A stretch of 64,000 bases of DNA from Paraphysomonas bandaiensis (GCA_965644295.1 CBFFRP010000354.1:62001-126000); one strand, 5' to 3'. Counted from the stretch's first letter, positions 31,220 through 44,700 are shown. Notes: generated by a model from the sequence alone, not told the origin. Numbers and translations: made by a program.

Positions 31220-34200
31220 ATGTCTGATGATAAAATTGATGTAATCCGTCGGGCAGTGAAGCAGGCTAGATGGGAAATAGCTCATAAATCAGAATTTATA
31301 TCATCTACAGCTACATTGTCTGCTCCGACCATATCATCCAATACTTCTACTGTTCCTGGGCAGTGTATAGGCGTATCTCCTATGCAGAGATCAATTAATA
31401 AGATGGATATGGATAAACATGCTTTAGTTACTGATACTGATGATTCAAACTCAGTGACTTCTGTGTTTTGTAATGGATATGATGCGTTAGATGTTGCATC
31501 GACTGCAATTGAGGAACCACCACGAACTACAATTGGCACTGCAAATGGATCACTGAACAATAGCGGTGGTGATGAAGTTATAAATAAAACGACAAGATCT
31601 GTGCCAGCGCTGCTGTCCAACCACCTGTCGTTTGCTGTGGTGAAATCGAAAGACAACTTGCACCATCGGCAACATGTGTCAGTTTCCAATAGTGCGTCTT
31701 GGGCAGAACTGACACACAGCATTGCTAAATGCCTGAAACTTTACTCGCCCACATCAGTTTTAGAAATGGAGCTTGTTAATTGTAATGGTGACATATTGAG
31801 TTCTAACATTGCTTGTGCAGTCAAGTTTTTTAATGTCATTGCCAGTTATGAGGAGGGTATGATGTTTCGTGTTGCGATTGATGACGCGACGGAAGTGGAG
31901 CTCGCTAAAGCTAATGCTGTGGAAGAATTCCACTCTCGTGGTCTCTGCCTCACAATACGTAATGCGGAAAGCGGGGAGATAAAACCCATATATTCTCGCC
32001 GTGGCTGTACATGGCAAGAGCTGACCAGTGCTATTGCGGAGGAGTTTACTGATGTCTCTCCACAATGGATCATGCATATCGTTCTAGAAGATGCTGATGA
32101 AGATGAGATCAGTCCTCCACTAAACACTGCCGAGATATTCTGGCAGTTTTGTCGTTCTGCGTCGGCTTACAATGGTGATGTTTTTGTGTTCACCTTAGAT
32201 CAGCAACGAAGAGATAGTGATGTTTCATTAGCTAGTTGTGTGAGGGTGTGTGCCCAGGTCCAGTGTGCTGAGAATCTCAGACCCAAGTCATCAAAGGAAT
32301 ATGTTATGATCCCGCGAGAGTGTAGTTGGAATGATATCAGACGTCACGTTGCATTGGTTTTTCCTGGTAGCATTAAGCACGAAGAATGTATATCCCATAT
32401 GGTGATGGTTAACACGTATGGAGACAGTATTAGTACTTCTATCAACGAAGATCTCACATTCTGGAAGTTCATGAGCACATATGAGCACGATGTGGACATG
32501 ACTCTTTGTATATTCTTGGAGTGGCAAACGACTAGAGTGTGTGAATGCGAATATTCTCATGATACTTGCCGCGCTTCAGTAGCGCATTTTAAAGCGTGCA
32601 TAGCAAACAGTCTAATTGCAGAGACGACAGATATATATCTTCCCATCAACTGTAGCTGGGAGGAACTCTCCAACGAATTGGCATCGTTCATGGGTCTAGC
32701 AGACACATCGTGGATCGATTATATTATTTTTTTGGATGTCGATGGTGACCCTCTTAGTCCGTCAGTGAACACTGACGCCAAGTTCTGGAAGCTCGGAAAA
32801 AAACTGAGCGATAAGGAGGGCGTGATAATCAGTATTCACCTCAAGTCCGATGTATGTCAAAATATTAGGAAAGATGTGATTGTCGCTGATGCATTCTCCT
32901 TCTGTGTTCGATGGAACGCGGATCTCAACAGAACTGCAATCGCTTGTGCAACTCCAGACTGCAGCTGGAGCGATATCTGTCAACGCGCTTCCCATGCCCT
33001 GGAATTGGAAGTCCCAGATAGTGCATTTCACATGGTTCTCGTGAATAAGGAAAATGGAAATATCATCAGTCCCCCTATTGAAACAGTCGAAATGTTCTGG
33101 CAATTTTATAAAAAAATGGCTAGTACCTCTGCCTTTGATTTGTACCAGGATGAGGCCATGATGACGGGAGTCATTTCCGAGAGTGCGAAACTGCATAACT
33201 TACAAGAAAATTGCCTGGCAGAGCTTACTGTTCAACATTCATTTATTTGTAAAGTGTACGACAGTACCAGCACAGCTTATGACCCTTTTCAGATTAGTAT
33301 TGGCCTCAACTGCTGTTGGGATGACATTATTGTAGCAGCCGTGTCTTGCGTCGGACGTATCGAGGTTGACGACATCGATTACTTGCAGCTTGTGGATGCA
33401 AATGGCCTTCATTTGAGCGTACCTATCAACAACTCGAGATTATTTTGGAAACTTGGTAATAGTCTAGGGCCATCATCTGGATACATATTTGAGATACATT
33501 TGACCCACTGCGGCAGCCCCACTAAAAGTATAGAGATGGCACATAAGAAGCCCGTGACTGTAATTAATGTAGCCCTGGGAAAAGATAAACCGGATGAGGC
33601 TAGAATTCCATCGAACGCATGTTGGAATGATATTTTGGATTCGATTGCAGGAGCTGTTTCAAGTAGAGTTATTACGTCTCACATGATAGGCTATGTTGTT
33701 TTGTACGATGTGGAGGGGAGCCAGCTGAGTCCAATACTCGATACCGCCGATAAGTTCTGGGCAGTAGTGCCGATTTATAATGCGCAAGAGTCTATGGTAT
33801 TTTTGATCACGCTCAACAACAATGAAATAAGGTGTGTTGTGGATACGAAAGTAGACGCTGCTGTTGTGGAGCCTGAGGAGCTAATTCCTCTGGTATTGGC
33901 GGGTGGTGTGAATACTCGAGTGCCGATCCACATATCGCATGATATATCGTGGGATATATTGTGCGAAAAAGTGCGAGAAGTATTTGGGATAAATCGTAGT
34001 ATGCGTGTCAGCTTGTTTCTTGCAGATGCAGAGCTAGATGAGCTGAGTCCGGCCATCACCAACGTCGAAAAGTTTTGGAAAATATTTTTAAATAACTTCA
34101 AAGCCAGTACTGGTGCGGTGTTTGTGGTTCACATTTCCAATATACAGGAACCCAATGGAAAATCTCACACTTTATCTCATTATGCTAGCTCAGCGGCTAA

Positions 34201-36691
34201 ACAGTATGAGGGTCGTGCGTTTCGCTCCAATGACCCTGTGCTGGTAGCTGAGTTTTTCAAGTCATGTGAAAGTATTCAAGATATACATTTGCATGTGGAC
34301 GAGAGAGGTGTAGACCCTAATGCACTAAACGAAAACAAGAGTGCAGTGATGCACTTCGCCTGCATGAGCGGCAATCTCGAAGTTGCGAAAGCGCTGTATG
34401 ACCGGGGAGCAGATCCGAATCGTATCAATTCAGCTGGGATGACTCCATTTGACTGTGCATGCATTGCTGGGCACATTGATATCTGTATATGGCTCTTCAG
34501 TTTAAAGTGCGTGGACTCATGTTCCAATTACACAGAGTCTGGAGATGTAGCTACTCCTCCACTGCATCTGGCAGCAACTAATGGACATACGGATATAGTT
34601 GCCTGGCTTATGAAAAATGCTTTTGACAAAGAAATTAGAGGTCGTTTCGATACCACTGCCGTCATGGAGGCCGCGCATAACGGACAATTGGCGTCCGTTG
34701 TGGCATTAGTGGAAGCAGGTGCAGATGTATGTGCTTGTGATAGCAAAGGGGTGACGGGATTTCTTCTGGCTTGTTCCGAGGGACATCTAAGTGTTGCCAA
34801 GTATCTTCATTCCAAAGGCGTTCAAGCAAATAGCGCTGACAAGAATGCAAAGTCTGCATTTATGTATGCCTGCTGTGGTGGACAACTGGAAGTGGCTCAG
34901 TGGCTGGTGAGTGTTGGGGCCAACTATCGTGCCATTGGTGGACGTTATGACATGCTGAATACCCCTGTGCACATGGCAGCCCAGAGCGGCAATGTGGATC
35001 TTTTGCGGTGGCTAGTCGAAGATCTACATCTTGAACCCTGTAGTTTGAATGGAAAAGGTGCATCCGCAATTGCCTTCGCTCGGGCCGCAGGAAGGCCTGC
35101 AGCAGAAGCATATCTGTGCAAGTTTAATGGAAATAGATATTGTTTATATAGCACAGTGGAATGCTTGGATTTAGCTTTAAGCGAGAACAATTTTACATAT
35201 GCCAAAACTATTCTTGAGAGGATAGTTAACAGCGACTCCGATAATATTCAACTCCCTTACGGCACTTCTTCTCTACACTATGTTGCTGCATCTGGTCACA
35301 CTGAACTTGCACAATTTCTTATTATAAAAGGCACCAACGTGAATGTAGAGTCTGCACTTAGGCGTACACCTCTGCACTATGCCGCTTTTAAGGGGCACAT
35401 CGAAATGTGCAAGTACTTATTTAGTGTGGGTGCCAACCTTAATGCTAAAGATGTATATGGCTACACTGGCCTAACCATAGCATCGACAAATAATGACACC
35501 GAACTTATGAACTGGTTTACAACTGTAGCTATGGATTCCCCCGATTCGCAACCGTTTGTTGAACTTGAGGAGTCCAATGGGTCCTCCTTATTTGGTTGTA
35601 TAGGCCAGTCGTCTTTTACGAGAAGCGCGTTAATAGAGTTTCGCGATTGTAATTCGACTCTTACTAGTACAACAGAACAGCAAGGAGAATGTGGCACTCC
35701 CAGCTCTGATGTTCAGCTGTCACCATTCAGCACTGCTTTACAAAATGCATGCATTGTAGGAGACCTGGAACACGTAAAGTCGCTTGTGGAGGGCGGCGCC
35801 CAATTAAATGGTAAACTTGGGCCGGAGGAATTATCTCCACTTCACTGTGCGGTCATTTCAGGAAACCTTAGTTTAGTGCAGTTTCTTTTCAATATGGGTG
35901 CACATCTGAATGCTCAGAATATTAATGGATCCGCCGATTTCGACGGAAGCAGTAGTGTACACGAGGCAATGACACCTCTTCATATAGCTTGCGATAAGAA
36001 AGATGAGAGTATGATAATGTTTTTGATAAAGAATGGCGCTGATATGTACAAAATGAACAAAGTTGGTGACACACCGTTACATATTTTATGCTTGCTGGGA
36101 ATGCATATTGTCTTAACGCAAATTATTGATCTACCTCGTTCCGTTGTTCCTGGCATAAATCTGGATGTTCGATCTAGTCATTTGCTTAACCTATTGCACT
36201 GCGCTGCAGATGCGGGATCTTTGCCAACAGTGCAACTTTTAATTGACCATGAGGTTGCTGTGAACTCATTTGATGATGAAAAAAAAACTCCGCTACATTA
36301 TGCTTGTGGTAAGGGTGCGCTAGATGTGGTGCAGCTTCTTGTCACTAGTGGCGCCATTGTCGACCTTCAAGACACCTCAAGCAGAACTCCTTTTTTATAT
36401 GCCTGCAACTCGGGAAATCTGGACATGGTGGAGTACCTTGCTCACCAAGGAGCTCGCCTGGACTGTAAAACTGATAAAGGAAACAATGCACTGCATATTG
36501 CATGCAAATCAGGATTTCTACACGTGGCCAAGTGGCTGGTATCGAATGGGGTGGACCCATTGGGACAGAATCGTAGTGGTAATTTACCAGCACACTATGC
36601 TCAAGTGAACGGATATATCGAAGTGGTACAGTGGCTTGAGATGACAACTAAAGTAAAGATTTCGGTTAAGCCGAAGGATATCCCACGCTAG
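31220..36691 (+). CDS. 1823-aa single-exon protein: eight tandem ~100-aa PB1/ubiquitin-like domains followed by many ankyrin repeats
   Basis: Repeating (S/T)W.(E/D)L....A.....L.D.DGD.LSP.INT..KFW units in the N-terminal half; TPLHYAA, TPLHIAC and NALHIAC ankyrin consensus in the C-terminal half. Confidence 0.9.
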   Translation: MSDDKIDVIRRAVKQARWEIAHKSEFISSTATLSAPTISSNTSTVPGQCIGVSPMQRSINKMDMDKHALVTDTDDSNSVTSVFCNGYDALDVASTAIEEPPRTTIGTANGSLNNSGGDEVINKTTRSVPALLSNHLSFAVVKSKDNLHHRQHVSVSNSASWAELTHSIAKCLKLYSPTSVLEMELVNCNGDILSSNIACAVKFFNVIASYEEGMMFRVAIDDATEVELAKANAVEEFHSRGLCLTIRNAESGEIKPIYSRRGCTWQELTSAIAEEFTDVSPQWIMHIVLEDADEDEISPPLNTAEIFWQFCRSASAYNGDVFVFTLDQQRRDSDVSLASCVRVCAQVQCAENLRPKSSKEYVMIPRECSWNDIRRHVALVFPGSIKHEECISHMVMVNTYGDSISTSINEDLTFWKFMSTYEHDVDMTLCIFLEWQTTRVCECEYSHDTCRASVAHFKACIANSLIAETTDIYLPINCSWEELSNELASFMGLADTSWIDYIIFLDVDGDPLSPSVNTDAKFWKLGKKLSDKEGVIISIHLKSDVCQNIRKDVIVADAFSFCVRWNADLNRTAIACATPDCSWSDICQRASHALELEVPDSAFHMVLVNKENGNIISPPIETVEMFWQFYKKMASTSAFDLYQDEAMMTGVISESAKLHNLQENCLAELTVQHSFICKVYDSTSTAYDPFQISIGLNCCWDDIIVAAVSCVGRIEVDDIDYLQLVDANGLHLSVPINNSRLFWKLGNSLGPSSGYIFEIHLTHCGSPTKSIEMAHKKPVTVINVALGKDKPDEARIPSNACWNDILDSIAGAVSSRVITSHMIGYVVLYDVEGSQLSPILDTADKFWAVVPIYNAQESMVFLITLNNNEIRCVVDTKVDAAVVEPEELIPLVLAGGVNTRVPIHISHDISWDILCEKVREVFGINRSMRVSLFLADAELDELSPAITNVEKFWKIFLNNFKASTGAVFVVHISNIQEPNGKSHTLSHYASSAAKQYEGRAFRSNDPVLVAEFFKSCESIQDIHLHVDERGVDPNALNENKSAVMHFACMSGNLEVAKALYDRGADPNRINSAGMTPFDCACIAGHIDICIWLFSLKCVDSCSNYTESGDVATPPLHLAATNGHTDIVAWLMKNAFDKEIRGRFDTTAVMEAAHNGQLASVVALVEAGADVCACDSKGVTGFLLACSEGHLSVAKYLHSKGVQANSADKNAKSAFMYACCGGQLEVAQWLVSVGANYRAIGGRYDMLNTPVHMAAQSGNVDLLRWLVEDLHLEPCSLNGKGASAIAFARAAGRPAAEAYLCKFNGNRYCLYSTVECLDLALSENNFTYAKTILERIVNSDSDNIQLPYGTSSLHYVAASGHTELAQFLIIKGTNVNVESALRRTPLHYAAFKGHIEMCKYLFSVGANLNAKDVYGYTGLTIASTNNDTELMNWFTTVAMDSPDSQPFVELEESNGSSLFGCIGQSSFTRSALIEFRDCNSTLTSTTEQQGECGTPSSDVQLSPFSTALQNACIVGDLEHVKSLVEGGAQLNGKLGPEELSPLHCAVISGNLSLVQFLFNMGAHLNAQNINGSADFDGSSSVHEAMTPLHIACDKKDESMIMFLIKNGADMYKMNKVGDTPLHILCLLGMHIVLTQIIDLPRSVVPGINLDVRSSHLLNLLHCAADAGSLPTVQLLIDHEVAVNSFDDEKKTPLHYACGKGALDVVQLLVTSGAIVDLQDTSSRTPFLYACNSGNLDMVEYLAHQGARLDCKTDKGNNALHIACKSGFLHVAKWLVSNGVDPLGQNRSGNLPAHYAQVNGYIEVVQWLEMTTKVKISVKPKDIPR

Positions 36692-36991
36692 TGAATGAGT
36701 TGTTTCTGGCCCTTTCACTTCTTGTATGTCGTGACTTGTGTCGTATGTGTGCAATGACTATTAATATTTAATGGAAGGATTGTGATGATATATGGGTAAT
36801 TTCTATTGACTATTTTGTGTACGTTCATAAGTGTGGAATGATAATGAATGGTGATGTCTTCTATTAGATATAAGACAGTAATAGACAATTATATATCTTA
36901 CAGAATAGTAACTATATAACTATACTAATAATATATCCTACAATCTGTATCGGGAAATTTTATTCAACGAGCATACTTTTCAACGAGAGTA

Positions 36992-38699
36992 TCATATATT
37001 GTCGACTCGCGCATGTCTCGTCTCTAATAAAAATATATCGTACGCCCATTTCTCATCAATTTGGTCAAGAAAAACTGATACGTCAAGATCATCTACGCAG
37101 CGTAAGTAAAAAAACACATTGAATACACAATGAACAATACACTCACCTGATAATATTATGTCATACGCGTCTTTTATTAGGTCACCTCTGAAAGGTAAAT
37201 CATTCCAACGCTCATTTAATGATCGCTTCGCAGTGTGCAAATAGGCAAAGCCGTTCATCCATATCGTCTTAATAAAAGTAAATACGGACTGTTGCTTGTA
37301 GAGTACAGAAGCAGGGTCGTTTACTACATATTCCGAGAGCATACGTCTGACGTGATAGGCCACCAATATACCTCTGCAGAGATCTCTCTTGTTTGCGCCT
37401 TCTTTCATCAGCAAACTGACTTCACACATCTTACGACTAGTTCCCCTCGCACCCACAATGAAATTTTCATTGCGAAAGATATCAATCGCAACCTACAATC
37501 CCCATTGAGTGTATGCAATTTTTTCGATATATGTACCTCTAGTTCTGCTCTGGTTGCAAACACGCGATCAAGGTCCACACCTACTCTGAGAGGGATAGGA
37601 AAGGGGGACGGCGACCCAAGCATCCTCTCCATACTTGTGAATTCCTTAGGACAAAGTACTTTTACTGGGGCACTAAAACAGATAATTGAGTTTTCTAAAC
37701 CCTATACGATGTGCAGACACACATATCTAAGTAAAGCTTACCCGGGATGGGGCCTACAGAGCGCAAAGAGGACATCCAAACGGTCAATGCTAAGAGTATT
37801 TATACTCACAGAGCGAAGAGACAAGTAAGTCAGCAGCAAATTCATGGAGGAGCATCCCAAAAACGTGTAAAACGTAAGGATGTATTCACTGCCTATCTGA
37901 GACGCCAAAAACACACCTAATACCATGAAATTCCGTCAACCTAGGTACAGGAAGTCTTCTGATATTTACCCATTGTAGTCCCCAAAAGAGATGCAAGTAC
38001 TGTTTGAGAGCCACTTTTAGCAGTAATATCCGCTAAATTTTCATGAATTGCAAAAGACTTGTGAATGGCAGCCCTTGAAGCACTTGCAGACAAGAATGAT
38101 ATGTTCTTCCCTATATTTGCAACAGAGGCTAGAGGTAGAAAATATTGTGGCACCAGAGGAGTGAGCAATTCTACCAGTGAACTGATGTCCATCATTACAC
38201 TCGACGCCATCCTCCATCTCTTTGGGTCCGAATCAAACTGATTGTTAACCACACCCGCAAATATTACGCCGCCAAACTGACCAACACCATCCTTTATTAT
38301 CCAATTCAATGTCGCTGCAAGAGGAATAGCCCCTTCTCCTAAACCAACAGCAAACAAAAGAGCCTGCATAGAAAGAACAGATCCAGCAGATGAGAAAACA
38401 TATGCAGTGGATTGTAATCCTGCATATACAGCATAGTTATCATTGACAGATGATGGATATCCTTTTGGCAGAAAATAAGACACAACATTCAATGCATAGT
38501 CACTTATTTCTTTACTATAAACATGTTTAAGAGGTATGATATGTCCTGTTTGTTTATCATATCCATATGAACGTGATCGGTTACTATAATGCTGTGTGAT
38601 CTCATGAGGATTATGTTGAGGGGTTGAAGAGGTTGAGAGATATCGATAGAGACGTCTATTGATGTATTGATATTGTCGTATATTGTGTATGAATTGCAT
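36992..38699 (-). CDS. RUS (root UV-B sensitive)/DUF647 family protein, multi-exon, possible organellar presequence
   Basis: FLPKGYPSSVNDNYAVY, VLSMQALLFAVGLG, ATLNWIIKDGVGQFGG, FDSDPKRWR, SRAAIHKSFA..ENLADITAKSGSQ. Confidence 0.88.
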
Positions 38700-39149
38700 G
38701 GTAATATGGAGGGTTATATGTTCATGATGTAAAAGATGATGTAGTGAGATGTAAAGGTGGATAATGGAACGAACATACTGCACTGTGCTGTTAAACTGAG
38801 AGTTAAGTCAGTGCAACCGTGCAGCATCATTCATGTATATATACAGCCATATGCATATAGTGTACTGCTGTACGGCTTGTATAGCAGTACAATATTATGC
38901 AGTACGTTATCAGCACATACTGCTGGTAGGAACTGCTCTGGAGTACACAGTTTGCATATAAATCCTAGATATTTTAGAAGCGAAACCTGAAAAACGGCAT
39001 TTTCATGCTTCAATCTAAGGGAATGAATGAAAGTATTGCATGGTGCCATGCTGTGCATATATCAGTGCTGTAGAGATTGATTAAGATTACTGCATATTGC
39101 ATACGCAATTCGACCTTATATAACACGAATAAACGAAGAACTATTGATC

Positions 39150-40451
39150 ATGCGACGATGGTTGTGCTCTACAGCTGTAATAGGACCATATTTCATGAAG
39201 AACACCTCATTGATGCACCAGCAGGACCCTCCAGTACAGGGCGGCCTAGATAGCACAGTTGGTAAAACTCCCCTCGTGTATATCAAAAGCCTTTCAGAGG
39301 CCACTGGATGCAATATTTATGCAAAGTGTGAGTTTATGGCACCTACTGGTAGTGTCAAAGGTAAGAGTTTATGGATTCAATTGATAGACATAATTTGTGC
39401 AACGTAGACAGGGCTGCACTGAATATGATTGAAGAAGCTGAAACTTCTGGTGTGTTGAGACCAGGAGGTACCATAGTTGAAGGGACTGGAGGTAATACAG
39501 GTATAGCTCTTGCGCAACTTGGAATAGCTCGTGGGTACAAGGTGGTTTTATGCATGCCGGAAACCATAGCCAAGGAAAAAATTGATTATATGCGGCGAAT
39601 GGGGGCCGAAGTTCATTTGCAACCCATAGTTCCATTTTCAGACCCACGTAACTATGCCCAGCTTGCTGCCAGTATTGCGAAAGAGCGAGGAGCGTATCAC
39701 ACAAATCAGTTTGAGAACATGGCGAACTTTCGAGCTCACTACGGCGGCACTGGTCCAGAGATTTGGAATCAGACAAACCACAAGGTGGATGTATTTGTAA
39801 CTTCTGCAGGAACAGGTTTGTACACACAATAATTTACATTTAGTTGAAGTTGATATTCTTTTTAGGGGGTACAGTTGCTGGGATATCGGCGTACTTGAAG
39901 CAGGTGAAACCAAGCGTTCAATGTTATGTCGCTGACCCGCATGGATCCTCACTTTTCGCCTTCGTGGAGTCAAATGGGCAATCTACAACACCTGTAAGCG
40001 GTAGCACGATAATGGAGGGAATAGGTATCAATAGAATAACCGAAAATTTCAAATCTGCACAGGTGAGCGGCATATACTAATATGACATGCATTGCTTATT
40101 AATGAGCAGCTTGATGGAGCGGTGACTGTCTCTGATGCGGAAGCCGTAGAAATGGCCTATTTTCTGCTCAGAAATGAAGGACTTTACGTTGGCCCGTCGG
40201 CTGCACTAAATGTTGTGGCCGCAACGAAGCTAGCATTGCGTATGGGTCGCAGTGGTGCCAATATAGTCACCATTCTTTGTGATGGGGGTGACAGGTACCA
40301 TTGTACCTACTCTTGATTTTGTGCATTCCTGCGTAATATTTTTATCAGGTACTCTTCTAAAATATACAACACCGAGTGGCTAAAGTCTAGGGATATGCAT
40401 CCTCGTTCGTCTGGAAGTGATATCAATTTTGTATCAGCTGCTAACACGTAA
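39150..40451 (+). CDS. cysK: Cysteine synthase (O-acetylserine thiol-lyase family, PLP-dependent), multi-exon
   Basis: VGKTPLV, AKCEFMAPTGSVK/DR (PLP Lys), EGTGGNTGIALA, NQFEN, SAGT/GGT, EGIG, EGLYVGPSAALN, ILCDGGDRY. Confidence 0.92.
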
Positions 40452-41729
40452 ATGAGTGAAGGTGAAGAAGTCTACATATTGTATTGCATGCTTAGCTGCG
40501 GCTACTTATATCCTATAGAGCAGCAGTAACGCAACTTTTGAATGCCTGCAATGTTGCTTATTATAGACGGACACTGAGTTTTGGAATCAAACATAAAGTT
40601 ACTTTCTCAGTCGTGCTTTCCAACAATCACGACATGTATAAGTATAATTTAATATTTTTCTCGAGGTCATTCGTCAGTACTATGAATAAACTACTACAAT
40701 AATTATTGTTAATTGTATAAGAAGCTGTTATTATTATTGTATTGATAATAAAAGACCAACAATCCCATTGCAATAATATAATACTGTTCTTTAGCCCTGG
40801 GCTACATACTATTCAGAATATAAAACTTGAGTATACCTAGCCCTTTACTAAAAACTTTAAATTTATCTGCTTTGTCATGATACAGTGTAGAAGTTAGTTG
40901 CAATGGTCAAAAGTCATGAAATTAAACAAAATATATACTTTACAATGCCGTCAAGTATACATCAACAAGAAAGCTAGACAATTATGCAGCGTAGCATATT
41001 CCTCTCAAATCTAAGATAGTTACTTCTCAAATTCTACGAGGGACATGTCAGCTTCAGTTGCTCTGAGTTATCTGTATGGGAATATGGACATCACGATGTA
41101 GTTACCCACACTCTGGTTGGGTAGCGCTTCCAGTAGTCGGTCTGCGGACTAGTACAACTCTTTAAATATACTCACAATTACAGCAATAGCCCCAAGATAT
41201 GCGGATACTTATGCATCTCCTTTGGTGTCATTGATTTGATTGATATCTAGAGAGATGCATGCACATTGCATCACTGGATGTGGATCCGTCCAACGGATGG
41301 GTTCATATGTATGTATGTGTGGTGGTCTATATATACACTGTATTTCAGTCTCTATTTGTGACAGTATTCCCACTGTATATCTCTACATAGCACCATATCC
41401 AATAATAGAAATCCTACAGACAGTATATTACTGTATGTATATATAGTGTGAGAACATCTTGAACCTTACGTACTGGTGTACACATATACCATATATGCAT
41501 ACTGCTGTGAATTAACAATACTATGAAGTACTTCATCCATCTGACATCCAATCAGCAATAGATGAAGTTAATAGTATGAAGTGATAATTTTATAGTTATG
41601 AAAAATACAAGATCATAACTATGTATACATACATATACATACATACATATCAGATCACTGTATAGTATAAGTAACATTCAATAAGTTATTAAGTGTGAGA
41701 GTGTGTGTGTGTGTGTGAGAGAGAGAGAA

Positions 41730-44700
41730 ATGAGTTGGGCACAAGATCATATGAATGATAGTTTTCCAACCCCACAAACAAAGAAAAGAAATAGTCGTAT
41801 ACTTGAAAGTAAAGATGATTTTCAAACCTATCATACAGATAGTGATAAATCATACTACATTCCACCAAATACATCATATGATTCTATCCCATCAATTAGA
41901 TCTAGTAATGGTGAGAAGCGTGATAGTGTATTAGCTACAACATATGCACGTGGATCTACACATATGAGAACTACAGGAAAAACGAATATAGGAACGAATA
42001 GCAGTCTTCGAGCATCGTATTTAAGACAAAGTGTAAGTAATGCTCCTACTAGCAGAGGGAAAAAAATTATTGCCGGTGCATCAGTTGCAATCTCAAGTAG
42101 TAGTTCTGGAAGAAGTGATAGAACAAAGAGTGGTTCTTATGTGCGTGAGAGTCTTGTATCTCTTGATAATACGAAGAGTAACTCCTTGAAAGCATCATCT
42201 GCAGCACCTCCATCCAGCGGAACGACATACTCTCGCCCAATCCCGAAGAAGCGGAAGCCGACTCCTAAGCGAGAACCTGAGATTATATGTATTGATGATG
42301 ACAGCGAGGAGGACGGTATATCTCAACTCGCTGCACGTGTGGGCAGTTCTGCCGACACATCCCTACCGAATTCAACTCAGGAAACTGCCAACGTGCCCCG
42401 CAAGCGTCAGTTTGGAGAATATGCAAAAATTTCTGTCAAGATGGTGTTTGTTGGTCGTCGCCTGTTTAAATTTGTTGATAGCAGTGTGTGCTGTACACTG
42501 ACATTGAAAATTCCAAGAAGAGAATTCTCACTGAAACTACCCGATGTATCTACTGCCCCACGGCAAACTCGACATTCAGTAGCAAAAGAACTTGAGATAG
42601 AGGAGAATATTTGTTTTGACTCGATTAAGAAAATAATGTGAGCATGTATTATACACCACTGTTCGTGTTACTCACAGAGTGTGCAGCTATGCCACCGGAC
42701 TTGAAGGAGGCGTGGCTTTCGTTGCCATGAGCCTATCACCAGACTATGTATTTAACGTTCCTGTTACAAGTGTAACTGTGTCAGCGAACGCCAGCAGGTC
42801 TGATGACGGAGATAGTGACACAGATGTCACTGTCGAAGGAGACTACTGGCCGTCATCTGAGAAGCCCATGGATGACCGCAAATATGTCTTGCTGATTCAA
42901 AGTGACGAATCAGTGAAAGAGTTCTCGTCCACGGTGCGAACAGTCGTTGTTTTTGTCATTGATTGAATTGTTGACAACTGGTAACAGGTTGAAAAAGTTC
43001 CAGCGCTTGAAGGCAAGTTGCTGAACCTAAATGCTCAATCGGAGGGTGCAGAGTCATTGTGCAGCCCATATCTAGTAGCCTACTATGCGCACCAACAGCG
43101 GCAGATTGCTGTGAATGAAAAAGGTTTGAGCACGGTAAAGTCTCGTCGTGCCAAGCGGGGAAAGCGGAAAGCGGTAGTTTACGATGATGCAGAGGCAGCT
43201 CGGGTGCTGTTCTGTTACCCAATGGAAGAATATGCCCAGGTGTAAAACTGTATTTGTATATTCATCACTTGGAATGACGTACGTGTAGGATTCCATCACG
43301 ATATCTGTTGGCGATAAGAGAAGGCTCACTGAAGGGGAGTTTCTTAACGATAATATCATAGACCTTCAAATCAAGCGCATTGTCATAAGTATGAACAAGA
43401 AAAATGCACCAACACTTCCTCCCACACCACAAGTGGATGGCGTATCTGCTGCTAAAGATGCTGTTCCTTCGCCGTCGCCACCCCCTGTTCTCAGTGCTCA
43501 TAACACAGCGCCTGTTTACGCTTTCAGCTGTATGTTTTACACGAAGTTGACTGAATTGCCTAAGTATACTAAGGAATCTGCTTATGGAATGGTCAAGAGG
43601 TGGACAAAGAACGTGGATATATTTAGCAAAGATTTTGTGTTTTTTCCTATCAATATTGGGGCACATTGGAGCTTGGTGTGTGTCGTACGACCGGGAAATT
43701 TGTACGAAGATCTTTCCAAAGTACGTATATGTGATATTCTTGATGGTCATTGAGTGTGTATCCAGGTCAGTACCGACCTATCGGAGGATTCACAAACGTC
43801 ACGAAATATGCCATGTATGATTTTCATGGATTCTCTCGGATTACATAATTTTAGGAAAATAAAGAATCATATTTTGGAGTAAGTTGCCGCATCTTACTAA
43901 ACGAATATGGTGTTAATCCACTGTGCAGCTATTTGGAACAGGAGTGGTTAACCGTGAAAAAGAGCCCAAGGACGTTTTCGCCGCAGACGTTTCCCTGTAT
44001 AAACTGCTCCAGAAATGTATTGTATCCATGTGGTGACTTGTCTCCAGTAATCAGCATTCGTAGGTTCCGTCTCAGCAGAACTCCTATGATTGCGGAGTAT
44101 ATGTTGTGAAGTACGTTGAGCTCATCTGCGATATATATCCGAGCTCTACTCACGAGGATATCGACAAGAAGTTCAAAGACCACTTCCACACAACGCTGTT
44201 TACGCAAGTACACATCGACGACCAGAGGCTGCGAATTAGTGAATTTTGTGATGAGTACGATTTGTTTGTATTATGTATGATCTGAGTTAACAAGTACCTT
44301 TACAGATCTGAGAAAGCATGGGAGAGGCTTAAACAGGAGCGTTTGGCAAAGCAGCAGGCCGAGAAGAAAAGAAAGTTGCAGGAGTTAGATAGGCATAATA
44401 ACTTAAGGGTATCAGATGAGTGCAGTGACAATTCAGTTACTGAAACTTCGAATAGCAATGGAGCCAGTGACAATGTCACTCGCTCGCCTGAAGGTTATGA
44501 ACAACCTCAGAGTTCTAGTTCTAATGACACATCGGAGTCAGGTGAGGAAATGGATATCGAGAGGGAGGATTGCACTGGAAAGGGTGAAAGCATGAATGGT
44601 GCTAAAGACTCAGATATAGTTAGCGATAGTGATATGGAAACTTGCAGCGTAGCGGAAGAATCTCCTTGTATCAATGATGTGGCAGCTTCCGCATTTGTTA

